A stretch of 64,000 nt of DNA, from contig OZ024741.1 in NCBI GenBank assembly GCA_964016885.1, positions 42,966,001-43,030,000 on the forward strand, given 5' to 3'. This document shows positions 41,154 through 54,798 of this stretch, piece by piece. This DNA is from Eledone cirrhosa. Its lineage: Eukaryota. The notes beneath the pieces are model-generated. The model did no database searches and was not told where the DNA came from. It saw nothing but the letters and a program-made list of their open reading frames with translations. The position numbers were made by a program, and so were the translations under genes. Position 1 is the first letter of the stretch, and each line of letters opens with the position of its first letter.

Positions 41154-42099
41154 ATATATATATATAAAGAAGAAAATGGGTAGAATGTAAACATTTCTTA
41201 GTCAACTAACTTGGATAATTTCATGATTCCTGTTGTGTCATTTTCCGATATATTTTGAAATATATCTCTGGTAATTAAAGATGGAGGCACATTTCAGACA
41301 GATATGAATAAAGTATATTTCAATTTTCATTATTCTTAAGATTTTTACCTTTCATACTTCTTTCACACGAATTATCTTTATTCACTTTTCATATTTCTTT
41401 GGCTTCTATCCCATATATTCTACAATTTTCGCAGAATTTCCTCGAATCCCTCTCAGCTACACGCTTTTATCTCCATCTAGTAGTGTGTTATATATTATTG
41501 AATATTCTGAAGTGTGGTATTTGTGAAAACTTAAAAGTGTTATAGATGGTTTTCGTTTTACCGATCAACAATATCCAGTGAATTATACACTGGTTGTATT
41601 TACTTGATCGGAGGATTATATATCTAACATATATGTTCCTATTTCTCTTGTAGAGCTATAAATAACATAGGATCTAACGAGATTATGTTGATGCATAAAT
41701 TAAAAGCAAACTCGTCATGAGAATAACTATTACTGCTATTGAGAATAAATAAATTTCGGTGTACAAGGTCGGAATAAAATTGATTTCTAAAGTGTACGTA
41801 CCCATGTGAGTGGAGGCAACCCACGTATTCAAATATTAAACCCTTTTCGGCATTTTAGTTTTATTCCTTCATTCTGTAACGAGGCAATGCATTTTGTTAT
41901 AAGAAAAGATATTTAAAGATGATACGATGAAGCCTTTGAATATATGTATAGAAATATTTGTATTCCAAGGGAACCCTTTTTTAACAGATTAAACATATCT
42001 GTAAAAATGGTTAACCGGCCAAATGATTCCTATGACCTTTCTTGTGTTTCTGTTTTTCTTTGTTTTTATTCTTTTGTCATTCCCAAACAAGATCTTTCA

Positions 42100-42892
42100 G
42101 TATATATCTCTAAGGCGGGTAAAATTCCCGAGATCCATGGACGAGTTCTCTCTAGCGGTCTCTGTCCCTCATTATCGCTGCCATGTCCTGCATCTCCAAC
42201 AGACCAGTGTCTGTCCTTAGGGCATCAACATACGTTAACCTTGGTCTTCCTCTTCTAGTGTGTCCATGTAGGGGCTCCCAAAGGAGTACTGAGTGCAATG
42301 TCAACTCTGGATGTCGGTGAGCATGTCCAGCTAACCTCAGTCTCCTCTGTGTCACTTTTGAGCTGACTTTTGGGATGCTCCCATACAGCTCTGAGTTGTT
42401 CATCCTCAGTGTATACTGATTAATGTTCAGAGCCATCCTCAGCATTCTCGTGTAGCACCCATCCACCATCTGAGTGAGTTTCTTGGTCAGTGTCCAAGTC
42501 TCAAACTCATACAGCAGCACAGACTCCACTACAGCAATGCTGAGATTGTCGACGACATAGTTTTGGTGACAAATACAGTGAAGGAGGCAAAGGATTTGAT
42601 GCGGGAGGTTGAGACTATGTCGATGAGTGTGGGGCTCAGAATGAATGAGACTAAAACAAAATATCTGATAGAGAATGTTGAGAAGCCAGAGGGGATCACT
42701 AATGTAGACGGGAAGCCGCTGGAATTGGTTGAGGACTTCCTGTATTTGGGAGCAAATATTGGGAATACGGAAGATGATGTGGTTGAGAGGAAGATCAAGG
42801 CCTGGGCGGCGTGCCACAGCTTGAGATCGGTGTGGAAGTTGGACCTTCGTAGAGACCTGAAAATCCGCCTCTTCATTGCTGTAGTGGAGTCA
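42100..42892 (-). mobile_element. RTE-type LINE, 5'-truncated with 5' inversion
   Basis: Minus strand 42152-42540 encodes ..ETWTLTK..DGCYTRMLR..RRLRLAGH..LLWEP..RGRPRLTY. The upstream part 42541-42892 is on the plus strand (GLRMNETKTKY, FLYLGA). Confidence 0.85.
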
Positions 42893-42922
42893 GTATATAT
42901 ATATATATATATATATATACAC

Positions 42923-42952
<30 letters not shown>

Positions 42953-42956
<4 letters not shown>

Positions 42957-43680
42957 AGTATTTATTTTATCAAAGGATTCTAAGGACATAATTTATAGTA
43001 TATTGCTCTGATTATTTGATTTATTAATTCATCATTGAGCCACATCGTGAATGGTTGCCAAAAGCATATCTATGACTTTGTCTAGTTTGTGTATATGTAA
43101 ATCTTTATATTTGATAATCTCCCATAAGGTTGAGATGCAATTTAGGCAATATTAGGCTGCGCTTTCTAGCAAACAGCCTACTAGTCGTAAGGCACCAATC
43201 ACATTCTTTGTGACTTGACCACTGCCACGTCACAGTTCTTAGCCATTTTGAATTCGTTTCTGGCGGGGATCATTTAAGAAAAATTTTTGTCCAAGTGAGT
43301 TTGTTTCCTGATGAGTTCGAAGCTCGAGAATTTATCCTTGATAGGATATTTCCGAAAGTGAACGAAACCCTAAAGTGTAGAAACGCAATCCTGGAATGTG
43401 TATATGCATTTTTTCTTCTAACTTTAATTTTATACCTAATTGTGTATGGTTGATGATATATTTAATCGATTTCCACGTGCTATTGAAATGCTGGGTAAAT
43501 ATTCTATGGCTGTTGACCGCGAATAGATGGCTATCGTTTATTTATCTATTATTTCTTTACATGTGCCTTTTAATCTTATAGCCTGGTTTAATTGGTTTTT
43601 GTGTGGTTGATTATGCTAATTGGGAGAGGAAATTGAGTATATATTTTATCAAAGGATTCTAAGGACATAATTTATAGTAT
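42953..43680 (+). mobile_element. ~679-bp HHR unit with ~48-bp terminal direct repeat in (TA)n
   Basis: attgagtat.ttttt.atcaaaggattctaaggacataatttatagtata at ~42953 and ~43632. HHR at 43303-43384: gtttc-CTGATGA-gttc...gaac-GAAA-c..g-TA-gaaac. Confidence 0.75.
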
Positions 43681-43706
43681 ATATATATATGCATATATAT
43701 TTATGC

Positions 43707-43775
<69 letters not shown>

Positions 43776-43905
43776 TATATATGTACATATATATTATATA
43801 TAAATATATATATATATATATATGCATATATATGTACATATATATAAATATATATATGTGTGTGTGTGTGTGTGTGTCTATATGCATGTTTATATATATA
43901 TATGC

Positions 43906-43957
<52 letters not shown>

Positions 43958-44008
43958 GCATATATGCATATACATATATATATATGTATAAGCATGTATA
44001 TATATATA

Positions 44009-44044
<36 letters not shown>

Positions 44045-44429
44045 CACGCACATATATATATATATATATGCATCAACGTATCATTTATCTGTGTATGTAT
44101 GTATATATAATAGAGCAGAAATGTACACTGTATAGACAGTGAAACGATACCCATTAGTATTGATGAAACATTTATGAGATAAATATAGAATTTCACTTTT
44201 TATCCAGTTCTTTCAATTTCCTTTTCTTCCGCTTTCCTTCACATTTTCACTTGTTTTTAATACACACATTGAATTTCCCTTGAATACATATATTTATTTA
44301 TAGGATATAATAACAAACTGAAAATAGGGACATTATAATCGAACGCAGATTTTCTCGAAATATTTTTTGTAAAGGAAACACATAAATCGAGAGATATGAG
44401 TTCATATTTTTTTCTATTAATTTGATTTA

Positions 44430-44530
44430 TGTGGGGAACAAAATTATGTTATATTGTGATGTGGAGCAGAAATTGTATTATATTTGGGTTTCTGGAAGGT
44501 TGCCAGAATTTAAATGTATTTGTTTCAAAT
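44430..44530 (+). pseudogene. Possible mariner transposase relic
   Basis: Frameshifted KIML / MWSRNCIIFGFLEGCQNLN resembles the mariner KVML..WW...GII..E.L..G.T.N segment. Confidence 0.3.
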
Positions 44531-46214
44531 ATGAGAAAAGAAATCGTGACACAACCATCTTTTTCATTGCAAGTAATATATTTAAGCTTGACGATAAGTC
44601 ACATATTTATAAAGATGGGAGGAGGGAATTTAATGTTTGGGCAACAGAAAAAAAAAGAAAGAAAACATTCAAGGTACATAACATGGTATAATTGGCTTCG
44701 GAATTTGAAATAGACAGTCTCATTTGTCAATTTATATGTATTCTGCCGTACACTACAATGCCATTTGATCACCACGGTTGACTGATCTCGAGCCAGATAG
44801 ACTTATACACAATAGTCCCCATTTTTTTTTATCCATACCTAACTTTTGAAGTCACCTCACAAAATCTATCACCCAGGCTGTCTTGTCTAGAATGGCATCT
44901 CTGTTACTTGTCAAAGGAATTATTACGTTATAATTAACATACGTACAGTTTTACTGCATTTCTAAGAATTTAGCTTATTAACCACATTGCTGGTGACCTT
45001 GGCCCTAGGGCCAGCTTCCGATTCCACCATCCGAAGAGTTGGCTACTCGCTGGTGTGAGCCTCACGAGCTGAAATGGCTCTTCCAGCGCATCACCCTTAC
45101 CATCCTTCAGGAAAATGTCTCTATTCTATCCGCTGCGGCCGTGTGTGGGTGTGGGGGTGATAGCGCATAGGCCCCCCATTTGCTCATAATTGCTCAGAAT
45201 AGTGAGATCGGGAGATACGGGGGCGATTACAGTGGGAGTTTGGTTCTTTGTGTTTCGACATCGTGTATATGTATGTTTCACGGATAAACATTCTTTTATT
45301 GGTCTCTCATATGGCCTCTAGACAATTTGGCGAAACAAGTCATGAACAAATGCCAGCATGCGAACCTGGGTACATGAGTTCAAATCAGTTTGATTGAATC
45401 CAGTACATATCCATCTAACTAGCTGTCTATTTGTGACTTTATCTGTTTGCCTGTCTTCCTATCAGTTTGTTTGTCTGTCTGCCTATCAGTTTGTCTGTCT
45501 GTCTATCTCTCTATATATCTATCTGTGCCTATCTACTGTACACTGGTATTTGTGGATGTTTTGTGATGATTGTTTACCCACTTTTAGAGTACAGTATAAT
45601 GAATAAATAATGATATTTATCGATTCATATCTAGGGATATAAACATTGACTGTTACCACACCTAACACACTTATCCCCCGCCAATACTCAGGGATTAAAA
45701 ACAACAAAACAATTGATCACTTTGTAATTTCTTTCATCCATCTTATTCTACTTTACGACATAGAGTTACGACCCTTTACATTCTGAGCTCAAATCCCGCC
45801 TATGTTAGATTTGACTTTCATCCTTATGGGTAGATGAAATAAAGTACCAATAATGCACTGGGGTCGACTTAATCGACTTTCCCCATCCCTCAAAATTGTT
45901 TGGTCTCGTGCCTAAATCAGAAAACCTTATTATTATTATTATTATGTTTGCTTCGTGTCTCGACACATCTTAAATCGCTCTGTACGTTTGTTCTATTTTT
46001 ACACTGTTTCATTATTTAACGTATCTTCTAGAACTTTTGTTACTGTAGTTCAACTAACCAGTATCTTCGTGAGCTGGTTAGATATTTATACCCGTAAGCA
46101 TTGGGGGTTAAACCTGTGTTTGTTTATCAAACACGCCCCTCAATATTTTACTGTTAGTGGAGGACTAGAACGGCATTTTGGAAGCAGACTGGGATTGTAT
46201 GAGAGTAGCTGATA

Positions 46215-47115
46215 GAAGTAGGGCGTGTGAAAGCCTCAAAAGAATGATCAGACAGTTTCAACTGTTAGGTCTCTGTTAGTTGCTGTAGAGCCCAGGTAAA
46301 TGAAGGAGCTGAAAAACTCCAGGGCGTCGGGGCCAATATGAAGTAGGGAAGGGTCCGGGCCATCGACGAGGTGCATCAGCTTGATCTTCGCCCAGCTCAC
46401 TTGAAGTCCAATATTTGCTGATACTTACCGGTATATGATCAGTGCGTCACTGAAGTGATTGATCGAGTTTCTGAATAAAGCGGTGTCGTCTGCGTAGTTC
46501 AGGCTAGTAAGGTGGTAGTTCCCAACACTTATCACATCTGATACTCGATGACAGAGTGGTTGAGATCGGAGGTAGACACACAGCGCCGCTGATCGTGCTG
46601 TTGGTGGGGTACTATTCGGTGTCCTTCCCATTCACATGTATGTCACTCTCAGCATTGCTATAAGGTGGAGACATTGGGAGGCGCGCCGATGAAATTGAGA
46701 ATTTTCAAGAAAGATGCGTGGTCAACCGTCTCGAAGGTTACATTGAGGCTGATGAAAGAAACGTAGAGGGGCGAACTCTGAAGAAATCTTCTATAATGAT
46801 AGGGGCTATAGAAATGGGGTCGGAGGTAGATCGATTTAGCATGAATCCGATTTATTGTGGGCGACGTCTGCTTCCAACCGCGGTAAGAGCATGACTGAGG
46901 AGGATCCTGGTGAAGAGCTTGCTTAAGAGGAAACTGATGCTCTTGTGGTTGCTGTAGATGAGTTTCCCGAAGAGGAAGATAATGCACCAAATCCATTCAT
47001 TTGGGAGCCGCTCTGACAGCCATACCTATTTGATGATGCGGGTGAACCAGTGGATCATGTTATCTTTGCTCGCCTTCAACCTCTCCGCAGTGATAGTGAA
47101 GATTTCTGGGGCTTT
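46215..47115 (-). mobile_element. Degenerate non-LTR (LINE) RT fragment
   Basis: LTSLNYADDTALF and SFISL..TFETVDHA.FLKIL motifs in broken frames. Confidence 0.7.
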
Positions 47116-47135
47116 GAGTTTGTATATATTTATAT

Positions 47136-48025
<890 letters not shown>

Positions 48026-48030
<5 letters not shown>

Positions 48031-49129
48031 AAGAATTCATATCTAGTAATATATATATACATACAGATTAATATCAATGCTAGCAAATATATCGGTTTTG
48101 TCTTAATAACAGTGTGGTTCAATGCATGGGGTTGCAGAACAATAATATAAGAGACGTAAAATAAGAAAATTATAAAATTAACTTACTTACTAAAATATCA
48201 CTTCCAACTAATTAGTTTCTGGAATGCACTAAATATATTTTCCGAAGAATAATATGGAGAAACATTCCGTCGTCAGGAAAGTCTATTCTCATGTAAGTTT
48301 CCAGGCAAAGCGAGGACACTGGAAACTTATTAAAAAATAATTCAGTGGATAGGAAATAGCGAAGCGTGGACTGAATTCCAAGCCATTGAGAAAATCACTG
48401 CCTCTACGTCTGTGGCAAATTCAAAAAGAATCGAACACGTGACATCGAGGTCAATCAGTGGAAAGTGGTTTGCTAATAAGACAGCGGCCTGCCTACAACC
48501 GTAGCAGCAGTCATGGCCAATATTGCTCGACAAATAATTTGGAGATAATAATAAAGAATTCATATCTAGTAACATATATATACATACAGATGCATATCAA
48601 TGCTAGCAAATATATAGGTTTTGTCTTAATAACAGAGTGGTTCAATGCATGGGGTTGCAGAACAATAATATAAGAGACGTAAATTAAGAAAATTATAAAA
48701 TTAACTTACTTACTAAAATATCACTTCCAACTAATTAGTTTCTGGAATGGAGTAAATATATTTCCCGAAGAATAATATTTAGAAGCATTCCGTCGTCAGG
48801 TAAGTTAATTTTATAATTTTGACTGATTGACCTCGATGTCACGTGTTCGATTCTTTTTGAATTTGCCACAGACGTAGAGGCAGTGATTTTCTCAATGGCT
48901 TGGAATTCAGTCCATGCTTCGCTATTTCCTATCCACTGAATTATTTTTTAATAAGTTTCCAGTGTCCTCGCTTTGCCTGGAAACTTACATGAAAATAGAC
49001 TTTCCTGACGCCAGAATGCTTCTTTGTATTATTCTTCGGAAAATATATTTACTCCATTCCAGAAACTAATTAGTTGGAAGTGATATTTTATTAAGTAAGT
49101 TAATTTTATAATTTTCTTATTTTACGTCT

Positions 49130-49131
<2 letters not shown>
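48026..49131. mobile_element. Second locus of the 522-bp HHR family: ~1.5 minus-strand units plus an inverted partial unit
   Basis: HHR motifs at 48200-48282 (-), 48723-48800 (-, stem I truncated) and 48999-49081 (+, A9C). (TA)n flanks. Confidence 0.88.
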
Positions 49132-49189
<58 letters not shown>

Positions 49190-49191
<2 letters not shown>

Positions 49192-49845
49192 GGTCCGACC
49201 GCCACACCGATCTCAAGCCGTGGCACGCCGCCCAGGCGTTCCTCTTCCTCTCGACCACATCATCTTCGTATTCCCAATCTTTGCTCCCAAATACAGGAAG
49301 TTATCAACCAATTCTAGCGGCTTCCCGCCTACATTAGTAATCTTCTCTGTTTTCTTAATATTCTCTACCAGATACTTCGTTTTAATCTCGTTCATTCTCC
49401 ACCCCACACTCATCGTCATTGTCTCCACCTTCTGCATCAAATCCTCTGCCTCCTTCACTGTATTTGTCACCAAAACTAGTCGTCGGCAAATTCAGCATCC
49501 GACGTCTTTGTCGCCTTAACTCTTCTGCTCTGAGCCGGTGTTACAGTAAAGCCAGAATCCTGGTGTTTCTCCAGCGCAAGGCGCATACAATAGTCCACTG
49601 CCATGTTAAAAAGGTAGGTGCCAATATATCTCCCTGGAGCATTCCAGCCAGTATCTCAAAGAACTCTGTCATCACGTCGGAACGCCTGCATGGACACACT
49701 GGAAGAGGAAGTCGCAGTTAACATATGTTGATGCCCTAAGGACAGACACTGGTCTGTTGGAGACGCAGGACATGGCAGCGATAATGAGGGACAGAGACCG
49801 CTGTAGAGAACTCGTCCATGGATCTCGGGAATTTTACCCGCCCTA
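49190..49845 (+). mobile_element. RTE-type LINE (same family as 42100-42892), 5' inversion with internal deletion
   Basis: The 3' end at 49683-49845 (+) matches the reverse complement of 42110-42270. 49190-49680 is upstream RT sequence on the minus strand. Confidence 0.8.
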
Positions 49846-50314
49846 TAGATATATATACATATATCCCTCTCTCTCTCCCTCTCTTTCTGTGTATATATGT
49901 ATATGCGCGTGAGTGTATGTATTCTTTATTCAGTTAAGAATTAAATTTAAAATATCGAGAAGTTCAAACTAAGTTGCTTTCACACTCTACAGTCTTGTAA
50001 ATATGTGTATTGCTACAGACAATGACATAACCATTAATAATTGCAAACTTAACGCCATATATATCGTAAATTCTTAAATTCAAACGTAATGTACCTTTAG
50101 GTGGTTTATATTGTAAAAGTGTGAGAATGTTATTTAGTTTTTCTACCTGATTATATTTGCTAATGTTCCCGTTTTATCCTCCTCTATCATTTCTTCTGGC
50201 TTTTTATCTTTTCCATTTATTTAGTATTTTTTTAATCTCCACTCTCACACTTCTCACTTCTGTTACCCATACAGAGACCTATACACACAAACATACACAC
50301 ACACACCTGTACAG

Positions 50315-51112
<798 letters not shown>

Positions 51113-51125
51113 GTGACGAAACATA

Positions 51126-51272
51126 GGTCAATTGCATGAACTCATAATCCTTTATTTACTGCTATATATATTTCGAAGATAGCCATTAAATGTCTATGAC
51201 CTCATCAGGCAGTTAGTCAGTTCTTAGATATGCCAGTTCTGTGTTTATGGTGTTGATGGTATCAGAGCCTTG

Positions 51273-51343
<71 letters not shown>

Positions 51344-51816
51344 TAAGAGGAATTCCAACTTTGTCTGATTTACTCGTTTTATTTACAATCCTTTAAATTA
51401 TATATAATATGGTATTATAATGAAATAGTATGATAGAATATTAAATTCTAAGTGTTAATTGAACAAGTACTCTCCTGCTTTCGCAATCTTCAGGTTCATG
51501 ATATGTGGTGACAGTCGAGTTTGCAATTTTCAACTGTCGAATTTCCACAGCAATTTCCACAGTTGAAAATTGCAAACTCGACTGTCACCACATATCATGA
51601 ACCTGAAGATTGCGAAAGCATGAAAGTACTTGTTCAATTAACACTTAGAATTTAATATTCTATCATACTATTTCATTATAATACCATATTATATATATTT
51701 TAAAGGATTGTAAATAAAACGAGTAAATCAGACAAAGTTGGAATTCCTCTTATTAATATAATCTTCTATACACAATCATACACACCCGTGTATATTTACC
51801 TATCTATATCTATCTA

Positions 51817-51882
<66 letters not shown>

Positions 51883-51944
51883 GTCCTAAGGCTCTGATAC
51901 CATCAACACCATAAACACAGAGCTGGCATATCTAAGAACTGACT
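51126..51944. mobile_element. Outer fold-back of the 21448-HHR family, interrupted by a nested palindrome
   Basis: 51126-51279 (-) includes HHR 51158-51213. 51881-51944 (+) is the complementary partial arm. Confidence 0.75.
51337..51795. mobile_element. Near-perfect palindrome (~200-bp arms) carrying an HHR
   Basis: 51337-51537 is the reverse complement of 51559-51760. 51598-51636 (+): tgaac-CTGAAGA-t tgc gaaa gca t-GAAA-gtac-TT-gttca. The mirror copy has GAGA. Confidence 0.85.
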
Positions 51945-52619
51945 ATATATATATATATATCAGAGTCGGGCCCGAACGATGCAGATCGAACCTTGAGCTG
52001 ATCAATATATATATATATATATCTATTCAGGGAGTGTAACATGAAGTTACTGTAGGTTCACCCAGGTAAGCACTCGATGTTTAGATCCCTGTCAGTAGCG
52101 AGGGGTAGAGCTAGACAGGGTGTAATATAATAATACAAGGACGATTTATATATACGTACATATATATTTCATATATAATATAGATGAGGTAGCGTTTTGA
52201 CCTGTGTCAGACGCTGTGATCCTGGGTGGACCAGGCAGTACAGTTAGTAGGGGTTGAAACGCCCAGAGTCCACATCAACAGCCAATGATACTGGAGGTCT
52301 ATGTTTTTCGATTGTGCTTATAATTTTCAAAGAATGATTTTTTCAGGTTTCCTCTTAAAAGGTTGTTTTTCGTTTTGCCTTCTTTCTTTCGTTTTCCTGT
52401 CTTCTCTTTGTTGATTATATCTAAGTTTATATTATATATAACTTTGATAACTTTCATAGGTTTCGGCTAGTACTGGCCCAGATCATGTGCAACTTAACAG
52501 TAATACCTGTGTTTTAAATAAGTGTTTTAAATCATGATTCATCACTCAGTCATATTTTCGGACACGCTGTCCCACACCAATAAATGCTAATTATTTCCGG
52601 AGATATATCCGGGATTGGT

Positions 52620-53030
52620 TGTTTATTCGGAATTTTCTTTAAATAATTTGCTCAGGGATCTTTTGAATTATATGGGATCTGTTTCTGTTTTGATGTATTT
52701 TGGCATGATATTAAGGAAAGCAGGACTTATTGACGTCACATAGTTGTGTCATAATGATGTAAAGTCGATGATTGTATTGGAGGGATAGTACGGGGATCAA
52801 GCATCAGGTGGATTTTAAAGTTGATGCACACATCCTTTTAGAAATGATGATGGATTATTGTCCACATCATACAAATAATGTAAAGCTCCTGGCAGCGTGG
52901 GGTAGCGTAGGGTTTGAGCTTTTCTTCGCGATCCCAATAGTCACAGCCTGTCACCTATTTGTTTTGTAATTTATCTCTATGGTGATTTAATTTTCATGTT
53001 TTGACCCACAAATGGGAAGAATCGAGGAAC
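52620..53030 (-). pseudogene. Possible highly degenerate PLE RT fragment
   Basis: IIDFTSL on the minus strand at ~52750-52775 resembles the PLE D..SLY motif. There is little other support. Confidence 0.3.
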
Positions 53031-53194
53031 ATACACTGCGGACAATGTCAACTTTGTTGTCATGCAGGTATTTTAGCTTAATTCATTCTAGACAATTACA
53101 CCAAGGACGCTGGTGTTGTCGGATGCGAGCTGACCGCTGACACGAGAGAACGTTAACTTAAATGCAGCCTCTTTTCCAAAGTGAATCAACACAA

Positions 53195-53250
<56 letters not shown>

Positions 53251-53759
53251 ATACTTTGGGAGGGTCATGTTGCCAATAAGAAACACACGCACCAGTTGCT
53301 TTCACTTCAATTTAATTTATTATATATTTATAAATTTACAAATTTATAAATTTCTGGTTGGTTGGTTGGTTCCACAACCAGATAGTTGTTTATATATATA
53401 TAGTCATAGTTCTTTCGTCACACACTCTGTGACCTCTTCAGTGACTGGGGATTTCTTTCTTCGTTTCTGTGCCTTTCCTTTCTTCTATCCTACGCCATTT
53501 TGTTTGTGTGTGGGTTGCGTGCTCCGTTTGCGCATGCGCCACATCCGGGTGTCTGTGTGTGTTTGTGTTCATTTTTCTATTTTTCTATTTATATTTTTCT
53601 ATTTGTTTGTTTATTTATTTATTTATTGTTGGTTGGTTGTTTGGTTGTTTGTTCTATGTGTGTGTGTGTTTTCATTTTGTCTTGTGTGTGTTTTCATTTT
53701 GTGTGTGTTTTCAATTGTAAGTTGTTTGTTCTATGTGTGTGTGTGTTTTCATTTTGTCC

Positions 53760-54774
53760 TTAATTGTAAGTTGTGATGTTGCTCTTCCACTCATATTTTC
53801 TATTTAATTTTGGTTTTAATTCTTTTATGCTTACTGCCTCTGTAATTTGCCTAAACATTGCGTCTTTCTTGTGTGTGGATTCTATTTTTATTTCTATGCT
53901 CTCTAATTTACCCCTGTGTTCTATCTTAGCATGTTGGTAGAGCACAGATGATTCTTTATTATCTTGGAGGTCTCGCCAGTGTTCATTTATTCGTTCCCCT
54001 ATACTACGAGCTGTCTCACCTATGTACACTATATTTTTGTTTCTACATTGTCCTTCAGTACATCTTATGCTATATACTACATTTCTAGTTTTACAGTTAA
54101 TATGGGGGCTTATTTTACAGGTTATACATTTCTTATCTATACATGAGGGTCTTTGGAACGGGTATGTCTTGCTAATAAGTGTTTTTACGGAGGTACCAGG
54201 TCTTTCTACTATCTTAATATTGAGATTATGTTTCTTTAGGGCCCTTCTAAATTTGTAGGCTAGTTCGCCTCTTGGGGTTGTATTGATGAACATTACACTC
54301 TGGTATTTATTGCTATCATACCATGAGTTTATTCTATTGGCCTTGTTCTTAGTTCTTTCTATTCTCTTCCAAAATTTGCTCCTATACAAGGGGCAGGTCC
54401 CATTTATGTCATTATTTACCATTTTTTCCCATTTGGTTCTGGCTCCTTTATACACTCTGATTCTATCTCTCTGATTGTAGCAAGAGAACTGCATACGGTG
54501 GATGAAGTGTTGTATGTGTCTCTCTAGTTCTTCGGGGTTGCACATGCGGGACACATTTCTCATCACCCGTACCAAATCCGCAATCAGTATGTTGATTTTG
54601 GTATGGTCCGAAATGGCCGAGTTTCGGTGGATCAGATATTTGGAAGTCATGGGTTTGGCATAATGGGAATGGAGGATTTGTTTTTGGTTGTTAATTGTAT
54701 CTAACCAGAGCTCTGTGTCTAGTACAGGTAATCGATGGTTGGGGTGTCTACTTGGGTAGTCTATAGTAACTCTA
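53760..54774 (-). pseudogene. Inverted copy of the PLE ORF C-terminal half (thumb + GIY-YIG)
   Basis: The ORF 53760-54974 matches the plus-strand ORF from RVTIDYPS onward. Its N-terminal ~67 aa are antisense read-through. Confidence 0.85.
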
Positions 54775-54798
54775 TATATCATACGCCCCATCATTGAG

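Noticed and set aside
53162-53776. 204-aa and 181-aa hydrophobic ORFs (also 56534-57079, 17864-18334)
   Set aside because: They are antisense readings of the A/C-rich low-complexity PLE 3' UTR.
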